Source: a virus (Duplodnaviria; Caudoviricetes). Taken from it: DNA of 64,000 bases. The notes under the pieces were generated by a model. The model was not told where the DNA came from, did no database searches, and saw only the letters and a list, made by a program, of their open reading frames with translations. The stretch is taken from positions 1 through 64,000 of IMG/VR virus record IMGVR_UViG_3300013383_000026, one strand, 5' to 3'. How positions within the stretch are numbered: the first letter of the stretch is position 1; each line of letters starts with the position of its first letter. Made by a program: the position numbers and the translations under genes. Shown here piece by piece: positions 1 through 7,762 of this stretch.

Positions 1-548
1 ATACATATAATTATATTTATAACATATTATATATAATTATATATATTACAAATAATTATTTAGCCGATTTATATTTATATAATAATTAAGCCGCAAGTTT
101 ATGATTTATGAATATGTTAATGCCGCTTCTGCCGTTGACTATTAAGCCGGTGCAGCCCGATTAATTTATATATAATAAGGTAGATAAAAATTTTTAAGAA
201 AATTAAATAATCTATTTACAAATACAAACGTATAACGGGCAGCACCAAGCCAAACACTTTTATGCAAAATTTGACGATTGGTACGAAATCGTATAAGAAT
301 TTGAGCGGGAATGAATAACCGCTCTTTTTCTTTTACTTAAATACTTTATCAAATTAAATCATTAAATTAAACTATCCAGCCACATAAACTATCCAGTTCC
401 AACAACATATACAAATTAGCCAAACAAACCGTTATTTATTTGTGCAATATTACATCTTGCAATATCGAGAAATTCGTGTATAATAAAAACCGTCAAGAGG
501 GAATGACAATAACAAAAACAAAAAATCAAAAAAGGAAGGTATTAAAAA

Positions 549-887
549 ATGAAGATTAAAACTACTGCTAAAGCACTGCGCGAAGGTTCGGCAAATTTGA
601 AATATGCTAGTTATTGCGGTTTACAGTTTCTTTTAAGAAACCATACCCCGATAGCATATACGAGCGGCGTTTATGGATGGAATTTTGATGTATATGAAGT
701 TTATGGCGTAACAATTTGTACAGGCTATAGGGGTATGCCGGGGAAACGGTTAGAAGGTATTGCAGAAGCTGAAGAAAAAGCAAGTAAAATTTGGCAGAAC
801 CGCAATAAAGATATGACTTTTGAGCAGCAATGTGAAGCCGTGGAAGAACTTCTACATAATTTCTGCAAGGCAAACGGCGGCTATTAA
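549..887 (+). CDS. Hypothetical early protein (112 aa)
   Basis: ORF preceded by RBS AAAGGAAGGT; phage-like small gene. Confidence 0.75.
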   Translation: MKIKTTAKALREGSANLKYASYCGLQFLLRNHTPIAYTSGVYGWNFDVYEVYGVTICTGYRGMPGKRLEGIAEAEEKASKIWQNRNKDMTFEQQCEAVEELLHNFCKANGGY

Positions 888-965
888 TTCTCAATGTTTT
901 CTAAAGGGTTTTACAAATAAAGCCCTTTTCCACTAAAAATTTTATTAAAGGAAGGTAAAATTATT

Positions 966-1352
966 ATGAAGTATTATCGTGTTAAACCGGAATTTGACAA
1001 TTATAAAATGTCAAAGAATTATGATATTTTTGTTGGCAATATGATATTTTTGTTGGCAATATGATATTTTTGTTGGCAATATGATATTTTTGTTGGCAAT
1101 ATGATATTTTTGTTGGCAATATGATATTTTTGTTGGCAATATGATATTTTTGTTGGCAATGAGCTTTTTACTGAAAAAGAGCTTGAAAAAGTTAAAATAA
1201 AATATGCAAATAGAAATAATATGACCCGTTGCACATTGCCAATTTCTGAACGTGACGAAAAATTATTAATGTCAAAATTTGATATTGTAGAAATATCAAG
1301 GGCGAAAACCTATTGGATGTTCGGCGCAAGATTTGAAAGGAAGATTAAATAA
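966..1352 (+). pseudogene. Small phage gene (88 aa with one repeat copy) interrupted by a tandem repeat expansion
   Basis: RBS AAAGGAAGGT, ATG 966. With one repeat copy it reads MKYYRVKPEFDNYKMSKNYDIFVGNELFTEKELEK...KTYWMFGARFERKIK. With 7 copies a TGA appears at 1062-1064. Confidence 0.7.
1021..1160 (+). repeat. Perfect tandem repeat, 20 nt x 7 (ATGATATTTTTGTTGGCAAT)
   Basis: Seven identical adjacent copies with no spacers. Confidence 0.97.
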
Positions 1353-1353
1353 C

Positions 1354-1617
1354 ATGAAAATAATATCGGGGGACAATATAATGGAAACTATAATCGTTTA
1401 TGTGAAAAAGAAGGGTTTCAATACATATTATAGGGTCGAATATCTTTTGCATAAGTCAAATCGTGGATATAAAATAGCCGCACCGCGATTCGTAAAAGAA
1501 ATAACTAAATACAGGTATTATAAAGACACTTTTATACCTCATTATACAGTTTACAATCAATGGAAACCCATTCACGAAATTGGCAACGAGAAATTTTTTA
1601 ATAGAATCGGGTATTAA
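1354..1617 (+). CDS. Hypothetical protein
   Basis: ORF from the track; first ATG 1354 just after the upstream stop. Confidence 0.6.
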   Translation: MKIISGDNIMETIIVYVKKKGFNTYYRVEYLLHKSNRGYKIAAPRFVKEITKYRYYKDTFIPHYTVYNQWKPIHEIGNEKFFNRIGY

Positions 1618-1631
1618 TGAGGTATTAAAAA

Positions 1632-1772
1632 ATGTCACACATTTATATTTATGTCGAGTATATCTTGAACGGCAATTTTTACCAAGATGACTTCACATCA
1701 TGGGATGAATATTTTAATGCAATGTTTTCTCCTGATATTGAAATATTAAAAATTGTCGTTAACAATAAATAA
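1632..1772 (+). CDS. Hypothetical protein (46 aa, MSHIYIYVEY...)
   Basis: RBS GAGGT then ATG; below the ORF-track length cutoff. Confidence 0.55.
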   Translation: MSHIYIYVEYILNGNFYQDDFTSWDEYFNAMFSPDIEILKIVVNNK

Positions 1773-1798
1773 TAAAATTATAAATTGATAAGAAGCTT

Positions 1799-1845
1799 AA
1801 GACAACTGCACATTGTTTTTATCGTTTATAATGTGCAGTTGTCTT
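1799..1845. terminator. 16-bp inverted repeat, probable terminator of the early operon
   Basis: AAGACAACTGCACATT ... AATGTGCAGTTGTCTT. Confidence 0.55.
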
Positions 1846-3034
1846 ATTACACTTATTAATAAATGTTTACAAGTTAGATAAAAGTGAATGTTGAAATGCT
1901 ACAAGTGGATATTGACACGATATTTTTTTTATGTACCTTGTAAAATCGTCGAGAATGGGCGTAGAATCGTTTTAAGGCTGTCGGGCCATATGGATATATG
2001 GGATGTAGCCGAAGCGGCTTAAACGGGCTTGTAATGGCTCTAAGGGCATAGCGGATATAATAGGCTTCTGCCGTGATATATAATCGGCACCGGCTCTGTC
2101 TGTCTGTCTGTCTGTCGCGGGGTTAATACGGCTTATTTCTGGGACGCACGAAAACCGGGCTAGAATTATGTTCCGTTTTACGAATATAGATATACCTGTC
2201 TCGGCTTAAAATGCAGCGTGCGTGATCCTGCTCGGGCTGAGAGTGATTTATATAAATGCCTTGTGTAGCTGGGGTATGCTGTACCCAGATTTAACGCGAT
2301 CCGCTGTATTAAGTCGATTTAATTTTAGTAACAAATCATGTTTTAAATAGTTGCAAATTTGCACATTGACAAGTTAATATTGGTTGCAATTCGATTCCAG
2401 TTGGCGATTAATGGTAATCAGTTGAGGTTGTGCACGACGGTTTGAAAATGGGCAAAAAGTTACTTTCACGCATTAAAGCGATAGTGTGTTAGTGAGTTAA
2501 CTCATTAGCGTATTATTACAGTGAAGTTTAACGCTTTAGCCGACTAAAGCATTTGAAGTTTGGTTTGAGCGCTTTAACGGATTACATCAATTTTCTAAAA
2601 TCGCCGGGCATATACGCGCGCATTTTGCCGGGATTACGAAATTGTTACAAATTGGTGACAAATGTACGGATGAGCGAAACGGATTACATGAAAATCTAAA
2701 AATTGCACGGGCGTATACAAGTCAAGCAAGCTGATTAATCTACATTGAGCTGAATTAAATTAGTTTACAATCGGATAATTGGCACAATTTCAATCGGCAT
2801 TTTGGCGTGTTGGGATAGTTAATGCTATCTTATCGTGCATTTTATCGTGGAATTTTGTGTTGATATGCACATTATTTGCGGGGAATTTTGTGGGCGGCTA
2901 ACTTTCCTTTACTTATTTAACTTAAAACAAGTTATAAGTAAAGCCTTGTGTTATTTCAAGTAAAGACGTGAATTTGCAATAAACCGTATCAAACCAAGCG
3001 GCTGCGCATGCCTAATATCATCATTTCGTGACCA

Positions 3035-3190
3035 AATGAATATGTTCATGCTGCTGATGATGTAATTGCGAATGAGTATGAAAATGAATATGATATTGGT
3101 TATGTTAATGCAGGTGTATTTGAATATGGTAATGAAACTGTAAATGCAAATGATCATGTATATGTATGTGAGAATGTTTATGATAATGAA
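3035..3190. repeat. Degenerate hexamer-periodic tract, 26 x NNTGNN
   Basis: TG at positions 3-4 of 26 consecutive hexamers (aatgaa tatgtt catgct gctgat ... aatgaa). Confidence 0.9.
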
Positions 3191-3387
3191 TAAATATTCG
3201 TATATATGCACGAGTTGTGTTTTCTAAATTCAAAATCGATTTTCGATTTCCATTTTTGAAATCCAGATTCGGATTTCTGATTTCGATTTTCTGAATCGAA
3301 AATGAGCGGGATTTTTGAAATTTAGATTTGTGTTTGTCTATAATGACCCCTATTTTTTTATTTGAAAATTTTATTTTGATTTTTCTA

Positions 3388-3416
3388 TTGACAAAATATA
3401 ATTTGTGTGCTATATT
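3388..3416 (+). promoter_or_regulatory. sigma-A type promoter
   Basis: TTGACA-17 nt-TATATT upstream of the ORF at 3451. Confidence 0.7.
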
Positions 3417-3450
3417 TGATTTACCAAATGAATGGAGGGTAAAATTCAAA

Positions 3451-3630
3451 ATGAAAAAAACGTTATGGGAAATTAGTGGTTGGAAATTAGAAACGCTATT
3501 TATTGAGGCTGATTCTTTTTGTGATGCAATAAAAATAGCAAGAGAAAAAGATAATGGATATTGTTGTGGTAGACCTATAATTATTAGAAATTCAAATAAG
3601 GAGGATGAGCCGAATGATAAGAATACGTGA
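3451..3630 (+). CDS. Hypothetical protein
   Basis: RBS GGAGG then ATG 3451 (MKKTLWEISG...). Confidence 0.6.
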   Translation: MKKTLWEISGWKLETLFIEADSFCDAIKIAREKDNGYCCGRPIIIRNSNKEDEPNDKNT

Positions 3631-3871
3631 TGATATTGTGGTGTTCAGGTCAAGGAAAGACTTATTAGATAATATCTATCATAATACTATAAATATCCTA
3701 ACCGACTCATATTCATTCGATAACACAGATTTTGAATTTAGATTTAATAAAAGGATTAATCATTTAGAATATCCAGTTATATTTGTTAGATGTAAGCCAG
3801 AGGGCGATGATTTTTCTGGCTTTTGGAGAGAAATAGATATAAACGAAATAAGAAAGGCTATATTGAAATGA
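3614..3871 (+). CDS. Hypothetical protein
   Basis: RBS AAGGAGG; start reassigned to ATG 3614. Confidence 0.65.
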   Translation: MIRIRDDIVVFRSRKDLLDNIYHNTINILTDSYSFDNTDFEFRFNKRINHLEYPVIFVRCKPEGDDFSGFWREIDINEIRKAILK

Positions 3872-4116
3872 ATGAAATCAAACTAAGAAACGGGCATGAT
3901 AGACCTACAAGCCCGCTAACGGCAATAAAAGAATTTTGCTTGGAATGTTGCGGTTATAATTCCACCGACGTTAGATCATGCGTAGATAAGCGTTGCCCAT
4001 TATATATGATGCGAACCGGCGTTAATAAATCGAAGCCGAAACGGCAGATGACGGAAGAACAGCGGCAAGCAGCAAAAGAGAGATTGCAAAAGGCAAGAGA
4101 AGCTAAAAATCATTGA
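3868..4116 (+). CDS. Hypothetical Cys-containing protein (CLECCG...C..KRCPLY)
   Basis: ATGA overlap with the upstream gene; phage-type small protein. Confidence 0.7.
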   Translation: MNEIKLRNGHDRPTSPLTAIKEFCLECCGYNSTDVRSCVDKRCPLYMMRTGVNKSKPKRQMTEEQRQAAKERLQKAREAKNH

Positions 4117-4238
4117 TTATTTTAGTATAAAATCAAGTCTATCTCATTCGATAATATATAAGTAATATAATTTGACGTTGAAAATTAGAATTGATTTTAG
4201 AGATAAATTTATAGTAATTTTATAGAGGGTGGTAAATA

Positions 4239-4457
4239 ATGAAATCTAAATATGGGATTAATATACCTTGCGCTGCTTGTACTAATCGAGCCGTAGGATG
4301 CCATGGCGTTTGCGGCGAATATAAAGATTATAGGTCTAAGCTGGACGTTATAAATGCAGACATAAGGCTCAAACAGACTAATGCTAATACTGTTGAATCA
4401 TATAGAAATATAGCTCGGCATAAAATAATGAGTAAAAATATAAAAAATAAATGTTGA
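4239..4457 (+). CDS. Hypothetical protein (PCAAC...GCHGVC.EY motif)
   Basis: RBS GAGGGTGG; Cys/His motif common in small phage proteins. Confidence 0.7.
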   Translation: MKSKYGINIPCAACTNRAVGCHGVCGEYKDYRSKLDVINADIRLKQTNANTVESYRNIARHKIMSKNIKNKC

Positions 4458-4482
4458 CAAATTAGAATTGGTATGATATAAT
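4454..4482 (+). promoter_or_regulatory. sigma-A type promoter
   Basis: TTGACA-17-TATAAT with TG extension. Confidence 0.85.
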
Positions 4483-4512
4483 CCAATCAACAAAATAAAG
4501 GAGGTCGGACAA

Positions 4513-4683
4513 ATGGCACCGACAGCAGGGGAAATAATCTTTGGAGCAATATTTGGAATGGCAGCTCTGATTGCAATTGTGTGTTGTTTGGTTATTTATA
4601 TAGCCGATAAACATAATAGCTATGAGAATAATCGACTACATCCAGAAAGATATGGTAAAATTAGTACTCATTATTGGTGCTGA
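4513..4683 (+). CDS. Small membrane protein (56 aa)
   Basis: RBS AAAGGAGGT; MAPTAGEIIFGAIFGMAALIAIVCCLVIYIA hydrophobic segment. Confidence 0.7.
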   Translation: MAPTAGEIIFGAIFGMAALIAIVCCLVIYIADKHNSYENNRLHPERYGKISTHYWC

Positions 4684-4701
4684 TGTATTTGAAAATAATA
4701 C

Positions 4702-4730
4702 TTGACAAATTGAAATTGATATGTTATAAT
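4702..4730 (+). promoter_or_regulatory. sigma-A type promoter
   Basis: TTGACA-17-TATAAT. Confidence 0.85.
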
Positions 4731-4736
4731 ATATAG

Positions 4737-4835
4737 TGTCAAGAGGAAATGCACCCATTGGACAGATACAGATACCAGAAGTCGCGACAATGGAAGAACA
4801 GAAACGATGTAGATGAAGGAAATTTCCTCTTGACA
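4737..4835 (+). ncRNA. Candidate ~100-nt small RNA closed by a 14-bp inverted repeat
   Basis: TGTCAAGAGGAAAT (4737-4750) / ATTTCCTCTTGACA (4822-4835); starts just after the promoter at 4702; no ORF with an RBS. Confidence 0.4.
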
Positions 4836-4858
4836 AAATAAAAATTGTGTGATATAAT
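4830..4858 (+). promoter_or_regulatory. sigma-A type promoter of the tRNA cluster
   Basis: TTGACA-17-TATAAT with TG extension. Confidence 0.85.
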
Positions 4859-4876
4859 ATACACAGAATTAAATAT

Positions 4877-4960
4877 GCCGCCGTGATGGAAAGTATACAT
4901 ACCGTCCTTAAAAGTCGGTGCCCAGATGGGATTGCGTGGTCGAACACGTCGGCGGTACCA
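4877..4960 (+). tRNA. tRNA-Leu(TAA), atypical
   Basis: Acceptor GCCGCCG/CGGCGGT + ACCA; anticodon loop CTTAAAA; long variable arm CCCA-GA-TGGG; shortened T-loop GTCGAA; T.T mismatch in anticodon stem. Confidence 0.75.
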
Positions 4961-5187
4961 GCCATTACGGTTTGTTGACCATTGTTTGAACTTGGGCTAA
5001 TAAGCATAATCAATGGCAGTTTTGATAGTAAAGCTTAAAACTATCCGCTCAAAATCAGGTGAGACATGATTAAACCTCTTTCCATATTTCTGTATAGGTT
5101 AGAGAAAATATGGTTTACCTTCCTTAATTGATTAACTATTAAATATTTACAGAGATAATAAATAGTTAATTTTATATATATCAATAT

Positions 5188-5261
5188 AGCCGATTAGAAT
5201 AAAAGAAGTTCAGATGGCCTTGAACCATCGGGAGGCGGGGCAGTACCGTCATCGGCTGCCA
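5188..5261 (+). tRNA. tRNA-Gln(TTG), atypical D and T loops
   Basis: Acceptor AGCCGAT/ATCGGCT + GCCA; anticodon arm GATGG-CCTTGAA-CCATC; T arm GGCGG-GGCAGTA-CCGTC. Confidence 0.75.
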
Positions 5262-5606
5262 GAATTTTTGCAAGCATTGGTTGAAGTCCAATTAAGCCCA
5301 ATGGCTTAGAGTGTAGGAAAGCATGGAGGCTCAGGCACGGCAAAAATTTAGTTTCCCAACATACCATCATGCGTGGGTGAAATAAGAAGAGATGGCGTGT
5401 TTCGCTACGATAATGCGAGTGCTAATAGAAATATGCCGAATAGTCAAAATGACTTTCCAGTATTGGAGTAGGAATATTTCTAATTAATCTCAAGCTACTC
5501 ATGCAAGAGGCATCTAACCAAATATCGGATTTTGATTCTAAACAGTCTTATTCGAGGCGTAGATGAACAACAATGAGCGTTGACTACTACGATAGTGTAG
5601 CAATCT

Positions 5607-5688
5607 GCGAGAACTGGTGTGGGTTATATATAAGTCCTAGGAACTCTGGTATATAATTTTTAAGGTTCGATTCCTTGTTCTCGCGCCA
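5607..5688 (+). ncRNA. tRNA-like RNA (Leu(TAG)-derived?)
   Basis: Acceptor GCGAGAA/TTCTCGC + GCCA; canonical T arm TAAGG-TTCGATT-CCTTG; loop CCTAGGA; no proper D arm, replaced by a TTATATA/TATATAA helix. Confidence 0.55.
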
Positions 5689-5740
5689 TGCGGTGATGGC
5701 TTACGGGAAAGCTTTCATTGTTTACCTCCTTTCTTTTTAT

Positions 5741-5790
5741 AAATAAGCAAATCTTCTAAGAAAAATTTTTAGGGATTTGCTTATTTTGTT
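5741..5790 (+). terminator. Rho-independent terminator after the tRNA cluster
   Basis: AAATAAGCAAATC / GATTTGCTTATTT followed by T-rich sequence. Confidence 0.65.
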
Positions 5791-5791
5791 A

Positions 5792-5820
5792 TTGACAAAT
5801 AAAAATATCTATGATATAGT
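5792..5820 (+). promoter_or_regulatory. sigma-A type promoter of the recombinase gene
   Basis: TTGACA-17-TATAGT. Confidence 0.75.
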
Positions 5821-5852
5821 ATAACCAAGATAAAGAGCGGGAGGTAAATAAA

Positions 5853-6704
5853 ATGAACAGAATAGACCAATATGTTGAATCACTTAGAGCCGATAAGAAA
5901 TCTGAGCAGACAATAAAAAATTATGTCAAGTACATAAATGAGTTTATGAGATTCTGTGATAAGCCCGAAGAAGAAATCGGCAATGCAGAGCTGATTGGTT
6001 ATAAGGCTACATTGACTGGCCTTAGTGCAAGCAGTATTAATCTCCGGCTTAGTGCCATAAAGAGTTATTGGGCTTGGCTTGAAGATATGAATGTTATTGA
6101 TGATAATCCATTCGATAAAGTTAAAAAGCTCAAAAACAATCCTAAAGTAAAACAGTGTATGACGGCTAAAGATGTATCTAAGATGATGGCCACTACTGAA
6201 TCGCCAAGGGCAAGAGCAATAATCTCTATATTGGCTTCAACTGGCCTCCGTTTTGCTGAGATGAATAGCATTACAATGAAACAGTATGAAGAATTTAGAG
6301 CTGGCAAAACAAATGATATAATCATTACGGGTAAAGGTAACAAACAGCGTAAAATATATATCAATGAAAAAACAATAATGTATATAGATAAGTACATAGC
6401 TGATGAAATTGCCAATGGGCGTAAGCATACAATGTTGTTTGAATCGTTTAAAGGTAATGTTATAAATGAAGCTAATGCTTGTAAGAGCCTCAAGCAAATA
6501 GCATATAGGGCTGGATTGAGCTATTGGAAAGAAATTAGTCCTCATTGGCTTAGAGCTGCTTGTGCTACTATAGCTAATAAAAACGGCGTTGATGTAGCTA
6601 CAATTCGTGATATGCTTGGGCATAGTAATATACAGACAACTAATAGATATATTAAGTCATCTGAAGAAGATGTTGAAAATGTTATGAGGAAGGAGTTGTG
6701 GTAA
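5853..6704 (+). CDS. Tyrosine recombinase (XerC/D-like integrase family)
   Basis: Catalytic residues: TGLR, K in GKGNKQR, H..R (PHWLR), LGH, and Y (TTNRY); N-terminal SAM-like domain. Confidence 0.92.
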   Translation: MNRIDQYVESLRADKKSEQTIKNYVKYINEFMRFCDKPEEEIGNAELIGYKATLTGLSASSINLRLSAIKSYWAWLEDMNVIDDNPFDKVKKLKNNPKVKQCMTAKDVSKMMATTESPRARAIISILASTGLRFAEMNSITMKQYEEFRAGKTNDIIITGKGNKQRKIYINEKTIMYIDKYIADEIANGRKHTMLFESFKGNVINEANACKSLKQIAYRAGLSYWKEISPHWLRAACATIANKNGVDVATIRDMLGHSNIQTTNRYIKSSEEDVENVMRKELW

Positions 6705-6707
6705 AAA

Positions 6708-7019
6708 ATGAATGAGTTCCCAGAAACAATAATATGGCATGAAATCACAACACGAGCTTTAACTGATGAAGAAAAAGCGGAGCATGCAGAGCGCGGCTAT
6801 GAGGATTATGAAATACCAGAATATATGTTTTCTTGTGAAATGCCAGAAGATGGTCAAGAAATTCTCATTGCTACAAATTGGGGCGTTTCACAAGACGTGT
6901 GTACAATTGATGGCGATGGGATTAACAATTTATTTGAGCTTGAAACAAATGGCGATTGGGACGGAGTAAAAGCATGGGCGGCAATGCCAAAGTATAAAGA
7001 GGATAATCAAGATGACTGA
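6708..7019 (+). CDS. Hypothetical protein (DUF551-like C-terminus AWAAMPK)
   Basis: ORF with RBS; acidic phage protein. Confidence 0.7.
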   Translation: MNEFPETIIWHEITTRALTDEEKAEHAERGYEDYEIPEYMFSCEMPEDGQEILIATNWGVSQDVCTIDGDGINNLFELETNGDWDGVKAWAAMPKYKEDNQDD

Positions 7020-7200
7020 ATGTTGTATGAATTGTATTTATTATAGACGCTTGAAACACATTATATCTCCACACCATGAATCCGAAGAAAGTTGCTGTAT
7101 TGTGTTTGCGTTTGAGCCTAATGGTTCGGTTTATAAAACTAATAGATGGGATATGTGCGAGTTGTTTACGCTTAAAGAGGATAAAACAAATGAAATATGA
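7012..7200 (+). CDS. Hypothetical Cys-rich protein
   Basis: Coupled ORF; CMNC...C motif. Confidence 0.6.
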   Translation: MTECCMNCIYYRRLKHIISPHHESEESCCIVFAFEPNGSVYKTNRWDMCELFTLKEDKTNEI

Positions 7201-7456
7201 AATAATAGATACTATTAGAGAATATTATAAAGATGATGAATCTACGATTGTAGATTGTCTATCTTGGCTATCTACTGGTAATCTGCTTGAGCTTGTCGAA
7301 GTTGCAAGAGATGAACTTATATCTATGAATTATTGCCCTTATTGCGGTAGTAAGTTGCAGATATTTACTTATAGAGAATATCATCCTGAAGTTGATGAGC
7401 CTATGCGATTTGAAGAAAGAGCCGAAATGTGCTGTCCTAATTGTGATTTTAGTTAA
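7190..7456 (+). CDS. Hypothetical zinc-ribbon protein
   Basis: RBS GAGG, ATG 7190; CPYC...CPNC. Confidence 0.65.
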   Translation: MKYEIIDTIREYYKDDESTIVDCLSWLSTGNLLELVEVARDELISMNYCPYCGSKLQIFTYREYHPEVDEPMRFEERAEMCCPNCDFS

Positions 7457-7469
7457 GGAGTGAGATAAA

Positions 7470-7697
7470 ATAGACGAACAGAATAATAAACAGCTTGAGC
7501 AGATAATAGCCGATACAATTGAGCCGAAACTTAAAGAATCGTTCAATCGTGGTATAATGGCTGGTTATGATGGTGCTATTAGTATAGTATATGAGCATTG
7601 TAAATCTATGACCAGCGCCAATAAGATAAAGAAATATCTAAAGAGTAAATTCGATGAATCTAAAAATCGAGTAAATAATCTAAATAAAACTGAATAA
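7470..7697 (+). CDS. Hypothetical protein (75 aa) with probable ATA start
   Basis: RBS AAGGAGTG then ATA GAC GAA...; open frame fills the gap up to the dnaE promoter; not in the ORF track. Confidence 0.5.
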   Translation: MDEQNNKQLEQIIADTIEPKLKESFNRGIMAGYDGAISIVYEHCKSMTSANKIKKYLKSKFDESKNRVNNLNKTE

Positions 7698-7702
7698 ACC
7701 TA

Positions 7703-7731
7703 TTGACAAATCTCCTTTCATGTGATATAGT
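7703..7731 (+). promoter_or_regulatory. sigma-A promoter whose -35/spacer is complementary to the dnaE RBS
   Basis: TTGACA-17-TATAGT; ACAAATCTCCTTT vs AAAGGAGGTTTGT. Confidence 0.75.
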
Positions 7732-7762
7732 GGTATCAACAAATAAAGGAGGTTTGTTTTAT

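Noticed and set aside
1021-1160. CRISPR array
   Set aside because: The repeats are directly adjacent with no spacers, and there are no cas genes in the window.
2094-2116. (TCTG)n microsatellite as a phase-variation switch
   Set aside because: Short, and not within a recognisable gene or promoter.
2951-3449. Minus-strand ORFs 2951-3211 and 3105-3449
   Set aside because: The Ile- and His-rich low-complexity translations are by-products of the NNTGNN periodicity; no RBS.
4636-5013. Minus-strand 125-aa ORF
   Set aside because: Antisense to promoters, a small gene and tRNA-Leu; no RBS.
5505-5566. Second tRNA-Gln (GGATTTTGATTC word)
   Set aside because: The anticodon-like loop is present, but the anticodon and T stems do not pair and there is no CCA; at most a remnant.
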